Assembly: GCA_934167665.1 (NCBI GenBank)
Contig: CAKPLN010000001.1
Coordinates: forward strand, 341,331-405,330
Length of the DNA: 64,000 bases
Origin: an uncultured Bacilli bacterium
Lineage (GTDB): Bacteria; Bacillota_I; Bacilli_A; RF39; UBA660
Direction: 5' to 3'
The position numbers and the translations under genes are program-made. Of this stretch, positions 47,616 to 58,545 are shown piece after piece (positions within the stretch are counted from its first letter, which is position 1; each line of letters opens with the position of its first letter). The notes under the pieces are model-generated. The model was not told the DNA's origin, searched no databases, and worked only from the letters and a program-made list of their open reading frames with translations.

Positions 47616-48348
47616 GTTTGATCATTTCATTTAAAGAAGTTTGTCTATCTTCACTACTAAGACTTCTCTTATCATATTTTGAATCAACAACTGTCAAAAT
47701 ACATGCTGCTTCTTTATTTAATTTATGAGCTAGATAAAATAAGCAAAAAGCTTCCATTTCACTAGCTAAAAACTCTTCTTTTGGAAAGTTACTAATAAAT
47801 TTTTCTTGATCAACATAAGGATCAAAAACATCACTAGTAATAATTTTACCGCTTTTAACATTAATACCCATTTCAAGAGCTTTTTCAGTAATTTTTTTAT
47901 TTAGCTCATCACTTGATGAATATTCTTTTTCCAAATCACCATCAAATAATAATGGAAAAGTACTAAAAGAAAAAGCTGATGTTGCTAAAACAACGTCTAA
48001 TAACTTAACACTAGGATGAATAGTACCACACGTACCTATCCTAATAATTGTTTTAACATCATAAAATTTATATAATTCATAAGCATAAATACCAATACTA
48101 GGTATACCCATACCAGAAGCAAAAACAGTAATTTTAACTCCTTTATAATAACCAGTATAACCATAAATATTTCTAACTGTATTAACTAATTTATAATCAT
48201 CCAAAAACTCCTCGGCTATATATTTAGCTCTTAAAGGATCTCCTGGCATTAAAACTATATCTGCTATATCTTCTTTTCTACTTTCAATATGTGCTGTCAT
48301 ATTATTATCTTCCTCTCTACAATTATATTTATAATTAAATTGTACCAC
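47584..48348 (-). CDS. deoD: Purine nucleoside phosphorylase DeoD-type
   Basis: HIESRKEDIADIVLMPGDPLRAKYIAE...GMGIPS...SEMEA. Confidence 0.85.
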   Translation of the reverse strand: MVQFNYKYNCREEDNNMTAHIESRKEDIADIVLMPGDPLRAKYIAEEFLDDYKLVNTVRNIYGYTGYYKGVKITVFASGMGIPSIGIYAYELYKFYDVKTIIRIGTCGTIHPSVKLLDVVLATSAFSFSTFPLLFDGDLEKEYSSSDELNKKITEKALEMGINVKSGKIITSDVFDPYVDQEKFISNFPKEEFLASEMEAFCLFYLAHKLNKEAACILTVVDSKYDKRSLSSEDRQTSLNEMIKLAIEASINKN

Positions 48349-48374
48349 ATAATACTTAAAAGATGTAACTAATA

Positions 48375-50678
48375 TTACTCAGTTACATCATTACTACTAT
48401 TATTATCAAATTGAACCAAAACTTCACGTGGCTTAGAACCATTTTGAGCTCCAATTATGCCTCTTTCTTCAAGTAAATCAATTATTCTAGCTGCTCTGTT
48501 ATATCCTAGTTTAAACTTTCTTTGTAAAAGTGAAGCACTAGCTTTTTGTGTTTGAACAACAAACTGAACAATCTCATTATATAAAGGATCATCTTCATCA
48601 ACCGTTCCCGTAGCATCCGCAAGACCACTACTAGAAGAACTAGTATCAACTGCTTCTAGGTTTAATAAAGAATCATCATACTGTGCTTTTTGCTGTTCAA
48701 TAGTAAAATCAATAATTCTCTTAATTTCATTATCATTGATAAAAGCTCCTTGAATACGAATAGGATTATTAGTACCAATTGGTAAGAATAACATATCTCC
48801 TTTTCCCAAAAGCTTTTCAGCTCCAACTTGATCCAAAATTGTTCTTGAATCAATTCCAGAACCAACCGCAAAAGAAATTCTAGATGGAATATTTGCCTTA
48901 ATCAAACCAGTAACAACTTCTGTAGATGGTCTTTGTGTTGCAACAATTAAATGCATACCAGCTGCTCTCGCCTTCTGTGTAATTCTAAGAATTGAATCTT
49001 CAACTTCTTTAGCCGCAACCATCATCAAATCAGCCAACTCATCAATAATAATTACAATATATGGCATTCTATTCTTCCTACTATCCGCATCGTGTTCACT
49101 ATTCCACTTATCAATGTATTCATTATAAGATTCAATGTTTTTAGTTCCAGAATCATTAAATACTTGATAACGTCTTTCCATTTCATTAACCATCTTAGCA
49201 AGTGCAACAGAAGCTTTCTTAGGATCTGATACCACAGGACACAACAAATGTGGAATGCCATTATAAACAGATAATTCAACAACTTTTGGATCAACCATTA
49301 CTAACTTAACTTCATCAGGTCTTGCCCTCATCAAAATAGAACATATTATTCCGTTAACACAAACAGATTTACCAGAACCAGTAGTACCAGCAATAAGTAA
49401 ATGTGGCATTTTATTGACTTCACAAACACCAATTTCACCCATAATACTTTTTCCAAGTGGAACCATTAACTTCTTTTGTGGAGCTCCCTGCATCAATTTA
49501 CTACTGATAATTTCATAAAAACTTACTGGTGTTGCTACTTCATTAGCAAACTCAATTCCAACCGTATTCTTACCAGGAATTGGTGCTTCTATCTTAACAT
49601 CTTTTTTAGCTAAAGCTAACGCTATCTCTCTATCAATTGAAGTAAGTCTACTAACACGTGTACCAGAAGCAATTTCAAGTTCATATTGAGCAACAGTAGG
49701 TCCAATATGTACCTCAACTACCTTACCAACAATCTTAAAATCACGTAAAACTCTCTCCAAGATTTCAATATTTTTCTCAATTACAGCACTATCCATCTCA
49801 TTAGATTTTTTCTTTGGTCTATCAAGTAAACTAAGTGGAGGTAATTGATATTTTTGATTAACAACAACAGCCTTTTCTTCGCTCGAATTAACTTCTTTAG
49901 GTTGAACTTCTTCCTTAATCTCACGATCAGCAATCTTATTTAACTGATCAATACTAGTAATTTTAATTTTATTGTCATCTTTTCCTTCATCTTCTACTTC
50001 ATCATTACTAGATCCATTATTAATAATAATTGAAGAACGCTTTTCTTTAACAGACTTCTTATGACTAAGTTTTTCCTTTTCTTTATCATAAACATTTTTA
50101 ATATAATCAATAATAGAAAAGCCTGTAAATAACAATACACCTAAAGCAACTAGTACCCAAGCAATGATCTGCATACCAGCATAAGAAAATAATTTAACAA
50201 ACACTATAGAAAATAAACATCCAATAAGTCCCCCACCAACGGCTAACCAACTCTCTAGTGATCCATTGTTCATAATACTATTAAAAGCTGTTGCTAACTG
50301 ATTCATAGTTTCTTGAAAAATTAAAACAACATTACTATCATTCTCAGTAACAAACTCTTTATGCATCAAAGTAAGTAAACCAAATGTAAAAATATATAAT
50401 CCTACTAGCTTAGTAGAAAAAAAGCTAGGTGCTTCTCTTTTTAATAAATAATAACCTCCAACAAGTATTAATACAAGTAAGAAAACCATATATAATGATC
50501 CTACTAAATAAAGACCAAAAGACGCAATTAACCTCCCTACAGGTCCATACATACCTATTCCTAAAATACCAGCTAGTATTAAAAGAATTCCCCGTAGTTC
50601 AGCACTATATCCAAATGTTTTTTCTTCTTTTTTCTTCTTCTTTTTATTTTTTGCCATAATGCTAACTCCTAATATCAA
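48375..50678 (-). CDS. ftsK: DNA translocase FtsK/SpoIIIE
   Basis: N-terminal TM domain, a linker, the motor domain (GTTGSGKS, Walker B) and a gamma domain. Confidence 0.9.
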   Translation of the reverse strand: MILGVSIMAKNKKKKKKEEKTFGYSAELRGILLILAGILGIGMYGPVGRLIASFGLYLVGSLYMVFLLVLILVGGYYLLKREAPSFFSTKLVGLYIFTFGLLTLMHKEFVTENDSNVVLIFQETMNQLATAFNSIMNNGSLESWLAVGGGLIGCLFSIVFVKLFSYAGMQIIAWVLVALGVLLFTGFSIIDYIKNVYDKEKEKLSHKKSVKEKRSSIIINNGSSNDEVEDEGKDDNKIKITSIDQLNKIADREIKEEVQPKEVNSSEEKAVVVNQKYQLPPLSLLDRPKKKSNEMDSAVIEKNIEILERVLRDFKIVGKVVEVHIGPTVAQYELEIASGTRVSRLTSIDREIALALAKKDVKIEAPIPGKNTVGIEFANEVATPVSFYEIISSKLMQGAPQKKLMVPLGKSIMGEIGVCEVNKMPHLLIAGTTGSGKSVCVNGIICSILMRARPDEVKLVMVDPKVVELSVYNGIPHLLCPVVSDPKKASVALAKMVNEMERRYQVFNDSGTKNIESYNEYIDKWNSEHDADSRKNRMPYIVIIIDELADLMMVAAKEVEDSILRITQKARAAGMHLIVATQRPSTEVVTGLIKANIPSRISFAVGSGIDSRTILDQVGAEKLLGKGDMLFLPIGTNNPIRIQGAFINDNEIKRIIDFTIEQQKAQYDDSLLNLEAVDTSSSSSGLADATGTVDEDDPLYNEIVQFVVQTQKASASLLQRKFKLGYNRAARIIDLLEERGIIGAQNGSKPREVLVQFDNNSSNDVTE

Positions 50679-50740
50679 TCTTTATATAATCATTATACTA
50701 CAAAAAGTTCTAACCTCCATACTAAAACCTAAAACTTTAC

Positions 50741-50765
50741 AAAAAAAAAAGAGCATTAAGCTCTA
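50741..50765 (-). terminator. Terminator overlapping the efp stop codon
   Basis: AGAGC-TTAAT-GCTCT followed by T10 on the minus strand. Confidence 0.6.
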
Positions 50766-51313
50766 GAAACATATTTACCATCACTGGTAGATACAATAAT
50801 AGTTTCTCCTTCTTCAATAAATAAAGGAACTCTAACCATTAAACCAGTTTCAACTTCTGCATCTTTTAAAGCATTATTAGTAGTATTTCCTTTTACAGCA
50901 GGTTCTGTATGTGTAACAACTAATTCAACCTTATCAGGTAAATCAATTCCTAATACTTCACCATCAAACATTGTAATGTATACTTCTAAGTTTTCCTTTA
51001 AGAATTTAGCACCATCACCAACAGTATCCTTACTTAACTCTAATTGTTCATAAGAATCCATATTCATAAAGTAATAAACATCACCCATAGTATACAAGTA
51101 TTGCATCAATTGTTTTTCAATTCTAGCAGTTGCAACCTTAACACCAGCATTAAATGTTTGTTCAAAGATAGCCCCTGTTCTTAAATTCTTAAGTTTAGCT
51201 TTTACAATAGCTGCACCTTTACCAGGTTTAACATGTTCAGTATTCATAACAACATAAATATTGCCATCATACTCAATAGTAATACCATTCTTTAAATCAT
51301 TTGTATTAATCAT
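50756..51313 (-). CDS. efp: Elongation factor P
   Basis: Full-length EF-P (GKGAA loop around Lys, three OB domains). Confidence 0.95.
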   Translation of the reverse strand: MINTNDLKNGITIEYDGNIYVVMNTEHVKPGKGAAIVKAKLKNLRTGAIFEQTFNAGVKVATARIEKQLMQYLYTMGDVYYFMNMDSYEQLELSKDTVGDGAKFLKENLEVYITMFDGEVLGIDLPDKVELVVTHTEPAVKGNTTNNALKDAEVETGLMVRVPLFIEEGETIIVSTSDGKYVSRA

Positions 51314-51327
51314 CTGTATTTCACCTC

Positions 51328-51525
51328 CTATTTATGTCGTTTAACTGAATTAGGTCTAAATTTTTGATAAACCTTACCTCTTGTTTCATTACCCTTACCA
51401 TTAGTCATACTGCTACAATTATCCTGAGAAGGAATAGTACCAGTTTGTTGATTAGCCTGAACTTCAATCAATTCATTTAAATCAACGCTAGGATAAGTCA
51501 AAGTCTTTATTACATCATTTTTCAT
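51328..51525 (-). CDS. Small hypothetical protein
   Basis: 65 aa ORF between efp and rpmG with a basic C-terminus. Confidence 0.25.
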   Translation of the reverse strand: MKNDVIKTLTYPSVDLNELIEVQANQQTGTIPSQDNCSSMTNGKGNETRGKVYQKFRPNSVKRHK

Positions 51526-51533
51526 AAGCTATA

Positions 51534-51696
51534 CTACTTTTTCTCCTTATGTACAGTATGTTTTCTACATCTAGGACAGTATCTATTTAATTCAAGACGA
51601 TCTGTTTTCTTTACATTTCTTTCAACTCTATAATTTTCTTCACTACATTCAGTACAAACTAGAGTTTTATTTTGTCTATTTCCTACTTTAGCCATG
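51534..51696 (-). CDS. rpmG: 50S ribosomal protein L33 (not in the supplied ORF track)
   Basis: Translates to MAKVGNRQNKTLVCTECSEENYRVERNVKKTDRLELNRYCPRCRKHTVHKEKK, with CxxC...CxxC. Coordinates may be off by 1 nt. Confidence 0.8.
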
Positions 51697-51817
51697 TCTA
51701 TCCCTCCTTACGTCTATAGGTATTATACCAAACTTTCATAAAAATGCAAAAGTTTTTTAACAAATATCACAATATTTAAAGGAATTTTACTAAAATATCT
51801 AATAAATAATACAAAAT

Positions 51818-53857
51818 TTAAATTCCATACATTTCATAATACTTATTAGTAACCTCTTTTGTAATTCTAAGTGTCACTAAACTAGCATAATCAGTTGTAG
51901 AATTAGGATGAGACGAATTAGGTGAAGTAACAACTATAGATACCTTAGGATTATTATAAGGAAAATAGCCAACAAAAGAACTAGTAATAGTTTCTGTATC
52001 AATAATACCATTATTATCAGTATCAATAAAACTCTGGGAAGTACCAGTTTTACCGGCTGCATCTAATTTATTATCAATATAACCTCGTCCATATCCTCCA
52101 TTAGCGTGCATAACCGCATAAAAGCCCTCTTTAACTCTATTCATATAATTACTATCTATATTAATTGTATTTAAAACTTGTTTTGGAACCTCAAAATAAG
52201 TATCACTAATCGTCTCATCATTCGTAGCTTGATGAACCTCTTTTAATAATCTAGGCGCTATTCTACTACCACCATTTGCAAAAGTTGAAATATATTGTGA
52301 TAATTGAATTGGCGTATAAGTTTCATATTGACCCATAACAAAATCTAACAAATTACCAGCACTTCGATCTTTAGAAGTATAACCACTACTTTCAACTGGT
52401 AAATCAATACCTGTCTTAACACCCAAGCCAAAGGCATGATACATATTACGATAAGTATCAAATGCTGCCTGATTAAAGTTTAATTTCATATCCCTAAAAT
52501 ACTCTTGTCCATTAACCCTAATAGCGGCCTTAAACTGATAAACATTACTACTTTTAGCAAGTGCCGTAATATCATTAATATATCCTAAAGTAACTGAAGA
52601 ACATTTAGCAGGAGCCCCAGCAACTTTAATACATTCATCTAAAATCTCTTCTCCAATATGAACAGCACCAGTATTATAAGCCACTAACATAGATGCACCC
52701 TTAACAACAGAACCAGGAGTTATTGGAGATATAAGCATACTAGTAACATTATCAATGATATTACCATTAACTATTTTTTTAGAGGCCATAGCTAAAATCT
52801 CCCCAGTATTCGGATCCTGAATAATTACACTAGAGTGATCATAATACTCCGTATTAGCCTCACTCTTAGCCCTAATCATTTGTTCTTCAATAATTCTCTC
52901 AACTTCTCTTTGTAAATTTATATCTATCGATAAAACAATATCATTACCTCTACTTCCCTCATCAATAAGCCTAAGTTCATGAGAATTAACAACTTCATAT
53001 ACAGCCTTTTCTCCTCGTAAGTAATTTTCATATTGCTTTTCCAAATAACTAAGACCAACACGTTCATTTAAAGAATACCCTAAAGAAAGATAATAATCCT
53101 TATCCTCTGCTGGAATTCCCTGAAGAGATACTGTTCCTAAAATAGATCTTAAAGTATCACCATAAGGATAAATTCTCTCCCAATCAACTTGTGTATTAAA
53201 GCCACCTAAATCACTATTATTTTCAGAAATATAAGCAAATTCTTTATCTGAGGCATTACTTTTTATAACCTTCTCCTCATAATTATATCCCCGACTCATT
53301 AAATAGTATAAATAAGCTGCTCTAAGGTCATTATCATCTAATGAAGAAAGTTCATTATCAGTAATCCTTTCAAGCTTCATCTCTAATAAATCACTATTTG
53401 TTATCTTTCGCTCCTTAATTAACTTTCTTTCTTGTGAAGTTACTTTCTTATTACACTCATCAGAATATTTAGTTAAATAAAATTCTCTTTTAGCCCTATC
53501 AGTCAATTTATCAAAATCAAGTTCCAAGTGTGGAGCAACCTTATATGCTAGTTGTAACATTTCATCATTAGTAACACCTTTTTCTTTTTTATAAACTATA
53601 GTATTTAGCGCTTTATTATCCACTATAATATTATAATTTCGATCATAAATTCTTCCTCTAGGAGAACTACCTAAAGTAACCTTATTAGATGTAAGAGAAG
53701 CTAATGTATCAACATTTTCATCATAATTAACTACCATAACAGAAAATAATTTAAAAAATAAAACAAAGAAAAAGATAACAAGTACCACCAATAAGACGTT
53801 AAATCTAACGCCAATCACTTTATCATAATTAATACTTTTCGTCATACTTTTTCTCAT
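51818..53857 (-). CDS. Class B penicillin-binding protein (transpeptidase)
   Basis: N-terminal TM, a dimerisation domain, and the SxxK (GSVVK), SSN and KTGT motifs. Confidence 0.85.
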   Translation of the reverse strand: MRKSMTKSINYDKVIGVRFNVLLVVLVIFFFVLFFKLFSVMVVNYDENVDTLASLTSNKVTLGSSPRGRIYDRNYNIIVDNKALNTIVYKKEKGVTNDEMLQLAYKVAPHLELDFDKLTDRAKREFYLTKYSDECNKKVTSQERKLIKERKITNSDLLEMKLERITDNELSSLDDNDLRAAYLYYLMSRGYNYEEKVIKSNASDKEFAYISENNSDLGGFNTQVDWERIYPYGDTLRSILGTVSLQGIPAEDKDYYLSLGYSLNERVGLSYLEKQYENYLRGEKAVYEVVNSHELRLIDEGSRGNDIVLSIDINLQREVERIIEEQMIRAKSEANTEYYDHSSVIIQDPNTGEILAMASKKIVNGNIIDNVTSMLISPITPGSVVKGASMLVAYNTGAVHIGEEILDECIKVAGAPAKCSSVTLGYINDITALAKSSNVYQFKAAIRVNGQEYFRDMKLNFNQAAFDTYRNMYHAFGLGVKTGIDLPVESSGYTSKDRSAGNLLDFVMGQYETYTPIQLSQYISTFANGGSRIAPRLLKEVHQATNDETISDTYFEVPKQVLNTINIDSNYMNRVKEGFYAVMHANGGYGRGYIDNKLDAAGKTGTSQSFIDTDNNGIIDTETITSSFVGYFPYNNPKVSIVVTSPNSSHPNSTTDYASLVTLRITKEVTNKYYEMYGI

Positions 53858-54216
53858 AAAACTCTCCTCATTATTAGTTTATCACATAATTAAAAACTTA
53901 TTTCATATATTTCTTTAGAGGTGATATTATTTACAAAGAATTAATAAAAAAATATATTAATATTTTAACTCCCAGTAATATAAAAGATTATGCTATAAAA
54001 GAGAATGTAAATCTAAATAATAATGAAGTAATGATAATATATAATTTTATAAAAAAATATTATAATGACCTACTAGAAAAAAATATAACCGTTTTTAAAT
54101 ATTTAAAATCTGAAGTAAATGATGAAATTTACATTAAAGCACTTACTCTTTATAATGAATATGCTAATAAATATCTTTAATAACTAAAAAAAGACATTTA
54201 TGTAATTAAATGTCTT

Positions 54217-55113
54217 TTAATTAATTATTTTATTTATTAAATCACTATCAAATTTCTTATTTTTAATCATTTCAATTTCATACTTATATGGTGGAAATTG
54301 TCTATCAATATATGGTGTCTCTAAAATTTTAGGGATATCAACAAGTCTATCATTATAGACTATCTTAATTAAGGTATCAAATCCAATCTTACCAAAACCG
54401 AAGTTTTCGTGGCGATCTTTATGAGCAGCTATTTCATTTTTACTATCATTAATATGAACACAATGAATTTTACTAATTCCAATCATTTTATCAAACATAT
54501 CTAAAAAATCATCAAAATTCTTCATATCGTACCCTGCATCATTTAAATGACAAGTATCTAAACAAACACCAATATGTTCTTTATCATTAACACCATCAAT
54601 AATAGTTTTAATCTCTTCTAATTTTGAACCAATTTCGGTACCCTTTCCAGCCATTGTTTCTAAAAGAATAGTAACATCTCTCTTACCCAAAATTTTATTT
54701 AATCCATCAATAATATTTGAAATGCCAACGCAAGTACCAAGACCAACATGGCTTCCCGGATGTAGGACCATATATTTAATTCCAAGTAAATGACAACGTT
54801 CAATCTCTTCTTTCAAAAACTCTACAGAAAAATTAAACTTGTCCATTTCTTTATTATTAGCCAAATTTATAATATAAGGTGCATGAACAACAACTTTTGA
54901 ATAATCAAGTTTATTATCATTCATTACTGATATTGCCTTTTTTGTAAGTTCCAAATCAATAGGATATCTACTAGTATTTTGTGGAGCTCCTGTATAAAAC
55001 ATAAATGTATTAGCCCCATACTCTAAAGCTTCATTTAAACTTCCTAACAATTGTGTATCTTTCTTAAAACCAACATGACTTCCAATTAGTAACATATAAT
55101 TACCTCCATACAA
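54217..55113 (-). CDS. nfo: Endonuclease IV
   Basis: AP endonuclease family 2 motifs (HAPYIINLAN, LETMAGKGTE, CLDTCH). Confidence 0.9.
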   Translation of the reverse strand: MYGGNYMLLIGSHVGFKKDTQLLGSLNEALEYGANTFMFYTGAPQNTSRYPIDLELTKKAISVMNDNKLDYSKVVVHAPYIINLANNKEMDKFNFSVEFLKEEIERCHLLGIKYMVLHPGSHVGLGTCVGISNIIDGLNKILGKRDVTILLETMAGKGTEIGSKLEEIKTIIDGVNDKEHIGVCLDTCHLNDAGYDMKNFDDFLDMFDKMIGISKIHCVHINDSKNEIAAHKDRHENFGFGKIGFDTLIKIVYNDRLVDIPKILETPYIDRQFPPYKYEIEMIKNKKFDSDLINKIIN

Positions 55114-55122
55114 AGTATAGCA

Positions 55123-55153
55123 AAAAAAAGAATCTAAGTCTATCCTAGATTCT
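55123..55153 (-). terminator. Rho-independent terminator downstream of the pilin gene
   Basis: GAATCTAGG-loop-TAGATTC followed by T8 on the minus strand. Confidence 0.55.
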
Positions 55154-55162
55154 TTAATCTAC

Positions 55163-55729
55163 TTAAGCTTCAACGCAAACTGGAACAGTTGGATTAGCTA
55201 CAAGAATATCATTTACAGCCTTCTTTTCAGGATCAGTTAAAGTCATTTTAACATTTCCTCTAACTAAAGCATCAGATTGAATTCCAGAAGCAACTGTATC
55301 AGTAATTCCATGAGTACCATCATTTAAAGCAACATAGAACTTAGTAATACGACGTTCTCCTGAAGTAGAAATGTTAACTCTTACATAACCTTTTACGTTA
55401 CGATTACCCCAAGATGACTTACCACCTTGATCAACCAATACTGGATAATTAGCAGAACTAGTATCAATTTGAACATAGTAATCACCATCATCAACTGCAG
55501 AAGATACTACTGAATCATTTACACCAACCTTACAAGATAATCCATCAGCTGTCCATAATGTTTTAACAGCATTAGCATAAGACTTAGCAATATCTACAAA
55601 AGTATCCTTTCTTGAATTTTCAATTGTTCTAGATACTGAAGGAATCGCAACCATCATTAAGATACCCATAATTACGATTACTGCAAGTAACTCAACCAAT
55701 GTAAAACCTTTACTATTGATCTTTTTCAT
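55163..55729 (-). CDS. Type IV pilin / ComGC-like major pilin
   Basis: KG-FTLVE-LLAVIVIMGIL class III signal with Glu at +5. Confidence 0.75.
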   Translation of the reverse strand: MKKINSKGFTLVELLAVIVIMGILMMVAIPSVSRTIENSRKDTFVDIAKSYANAVKTLWTADGLSCKVGVNDSVVSSAVDDGDYYVQIDTSSANYPVLVDQGGKSSWGNRNVKGYVRVNISTSGERRITKFYVALNDGTHGITDTVASGIQSDALVRGNVKMTLTDPEKKAVNDILVANPTVPVCVEA

Positions 55730-55748
55730 ATTTTCACTCTCTCTTTCT

Positions 55749-55778
55749 ATTATGATTACAATATGATAGTATCATAAT
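55749..55778. promoter_or_regulatory. Nested dyad symmetries in the pilin gene leader (ATTATGAT-N14-ATCATAAT, and TATGATA-C-TATCATA)
   Basis: Seen directly. They lie within 20-50 nt upstream of the pilin start codon. Confidence 0.3.
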
Positions 55779-55885
55779 TTTTTTTAAAATACAATGAAAA
55801 TTTTTTTATTTTTTTATTAAATGTAAAGTAATTATTTTTTTCAAGTAATATCAACATTCAAAATGTGTAAAGTATAATTTAGTGC

Positions 55886-56497
55886 CTATTCTATAGCATA
55901 AACATGTGTAATTCCTGCTGAGCAATCAACAACACTATGATCTATTCTTGAACTAAGCGTAACTCCTTTATTACTATTAGCTTCTAAAGTAGCCTGATCA
56001 TTACCATATGCATAGTTATAATCAGATAAATTAAATAAATTACTATTTTCAACATTTTCAACTTTATCAGTTGCTCCATCAGCATATAAAGTTGTTACCT
56101 TAACTAAAGGAATACCTCTAGGCTCAGTACTAGCTGAGATTCTCTCAATTAATTGAACATAGTATTCATATTCATTATTTACTCTTTTTATAACAACATA
56201 AGACTGATTCTTTAAATACTCACCACCATTAGGTGGATCTTCAAATTCTGAGTTATCTAAATATGCCAAGTTCATTACAACACATTGATTTTCTAAAGGC
56301 TTTACAATACCAGTACTACTACCTCTAAGTTTATATTCAGCCGTTGTTGCAAGCTTCTTAGCATCTTCAACATAAGTAGTAGCCCTATTTTTATAAAGAA
56401 TACCCGTAACATTAGGAATCGCAATTGACATAATAATTCCTAAAATAACCATTACTGCCAACAACTCTACTAAAGTAAAACCCTTTTCATTTCTCAC
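55886..56497 (-). CDS. Type IV pilin-like protein
   Basis: KG-FTLVE-LLAVMVILGII. Confidence 0.7.
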   Translation of the reverse strand: MRNEKGFTLVELLAVMVILGIIMSIAIPNVTGILYKNRATTYVEDAKKLATTAEYKLRGSSTGIVKPLENQCVVMNLAYLDNSEFEDPPNGGEYLKNQSYVVIKRVNNEYEYYVQLIERISASTEPRGIPLVKVTTLYADGATDKVENVENSNLFNLSDYNYAYGNDQATLEANSNKGVTLSSRIDHSVVDCSAGITHVYAIE

Positions 56498-56550
56498 AAA
56501 TTATCACCTACCTTAAATTAATTATAACAAATATCTTCAATATTTAAATA

Positions 56551-57729
56551 TTAATTTAATATTTTCCTCATGTTTTCAATCTCTAACATCGTCGTATTAG
56601 TGTAAAGTGAATCATCAAATAAGAAATCATACCTAAAAAGACTAAAACCATTATAATATTTAAGATTCCTTGATAATATTATTTCTCGCATAATGATATT
56701 ACTATTATTAATCCATTCATTAGAGCCACTTCTAGCATATTTATCAAATGCTCCTACTTTATAAAAAGCTAGGGCAACATTTAACTTAATATCATCATTT
56801 TTAATAAGACTCTCCCACTCTTCTATAACATGTAAAAAAGCCTTAGTCTCATTAAAAAAGCCATAATAAACTTGTGGCATAATAAAGTCAACATACTCCT
56901 TACTGCTTAACCACGCTTTAACATCAGCTGAAATCACCCCATAATTATTTTCAATATTACCATCAGGACTAACTCCAAATATAACATTATGTTTAAAACA
57001 CACCTTATGAACTCTAGAAATCATTCTGTTAATAATCATCAAATGATACTTATCAAAACTAATATTATCATGATCTTTTAAATAATTAACGTAATCATTA
57101 TAATCCAAATCATAACTAGGATAAAAATAATCATCAAATAAAATTCCATCCACTTGATAATTACTTACAACCTCCAAAACTCCATCCACAATTAAATCCT
57201 CAATCTCCCTTTTAGATGGGTTATAATAAACTCCAACATCTTCATATAAATAATCAGTACCCAAATATTTATAAGCAGGGTTCGCCTCACTAATATCTCT
57301 TCCAGAACTCCTAACTCGATAAGGATTAATCCAACCATAGATATACATATTATTAGCCTTACACTGCTCAATAAAATACTCTAAAACATCAAATCCCGGA
57401 TCAACGCCCTCCTTACCACTAACTGTGCTACTCCAAGGAAAAATATTAGACTTATATATAGCATCAGAAAAACTTCTTATCTGTAAAATAATAGTATTAA
57501 ATCCCAAATCCTTAATATTTTTAATCATTAAATCAATATTTTTCTTCCTTAAATCACCATTAGAATTACCAACATATTTATTTAACTCAATATAACTAAC
57601 AAAAATAGCTCTTACTTCATTTTTATCTTTTGAAGAGTTACCATTAATAGTAGTAACCTTACTAGTTACCAATATGAACACTATACTTAAAACAATTAAT
57701 AGAACATACTTTTTCACTCTAATCACCAA
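56551..57729 (-). CDS. GHL10 (DUF187, YngK-like) glycoside-hydrolase-like secreted protein
   Basis: Signal peptide, and RAIFVSYIE...FNTIILQIR...DAIYKS...PWS matches the GHL10 N-terminal core. Confidence 0.6.
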   Translation of the reverse strand: MVIRVKKYVLLIVLSIVFILVTSKVTTINGNSSKDKNEVRAIFVSYIELNKYVGNSNGDLRKKNIDLMIKNIKDLGFNTIILQIRSFSDAIYKSNIFPWSSTVSGKEGVDPGFDVLEYFIEQCKANNMYIYGWINPYRVRSSGRDISEANPAYKYLGTDYLYEDVGVYYNPSKREIEDLIVDGVLEVVSNYQVDGILFDDYFYPSYDLDYNDYVNYLKDHDNISFDKYHLMIINRMISRVHKVCFKHNVIFGVSPDGNIENNYGVISADVKAWLSSKEYVDFIMPQVYYGFFNETKAFLHVIEEWESLIKNDDIKLNVALAFYKVGAFDKYARSGSNEWINNSNIIMREIILSRNLKYYNGFSLFRYDFLFDDSLYTNTTMLEIENMRKILN

Positions 57730-57762
57730 ATATAAAATAACACCCTAAAATTAAAAAAGTTG

Positions 57763-58422
57763 TCACTTTATATTTTCACGTTTAATTAAAAACAATCTAT
57801 TTTTTTGATAAAAACCATAGAATATATCCTCTAATTTAAAATTTTCTTCATCAAGCTTTCTATTAAGCCAACTAATATCCTTTCTTATTTGAATAAGCAC
57901 ATCTTCTTGAACTTTTCCATCTAAAATAACTGGTAAAGGATATGTTCTATCTGGATCATCATCCCTTTTAAAAACTGACAACTTCCCACTTGTCTCCAGT
58001 ATAGCATAATCAACTTCTTCTATTGATTTAATAGATTGCGCTCTAAGTTGAGTAAGTAAATCATCCAAATTATATCTTTGCTTTAACATTTCTTCAAAAT
58101 TTATCTTACCACGATTTATAATAACAGATACTTCTCCATCAACTGTCTTTCTAACACCTGTTACTTTTAAAGAAATATAAGCTACACAAAGTTGTATCAA
58201 AACCAAAGTTACAATTGGTAGAATCGATAAAAGCATATCATCTTTATAGTTTTCTATTGAAATAGCCGCAAGTTCCGCAATAAAAAGAGAAACAATAAAA
58301 TCCATTACTGATAGTTCTCCTACTTCTCTTTTACCCATAAATCTATAGGCTAGTGTAATAATTATATAAAATAATATACTTCTAATGATAACAACTACAT
58401 ATTCCATAAAATCCTCCACCAA
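57763..58422 (-). CDS. YetF-like DUF421 membrane protein
   Basis: Three N-terminal TM helices plus the DUF421 C-terminal domain pattern. Confidence 0.6.
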   Translation of the reverse strand: MVEDFMEYVVVIIRSILFYIIITLAYRFMGKREVGELSVMDFIVSLFIAELAAISIENYKDDMLLSILPIVTLVLIQLCVAYISLKVTGVRKTVDGEVSVIINRGKINFEEMLKQRYNLDDLLTQLRAQSIKSIEEVDYAILETSGKLSVFKRDDDPDRTYPLPVILDGKVQEDVLIQIRKDISWLNRKLDEENFKLEDIFYGFYQKNRLFLIKRENIK

Positions 58423-58545
58423 GTAAATTAACTTAGATTAATCAATAGTCAAAATATTCTACATAAGTATAGAGCTATACCTATTAATATATTTATCTTT
58501 TTCATAATTTTTATACAAAAACATATTATTTACTGAGGTGTTTTA

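Noticed and set aside
53906-54180. Lys/Asn-rich + strand reading frame between the PBP gene and nfo (IYKELIKKYINILTPSNIKDY...NEYANKYL)
   Set aside because: There is no canonical start codon in frame near its 5' end and the composition is low-complexity. It may be a degraded small gene but cannot be called.
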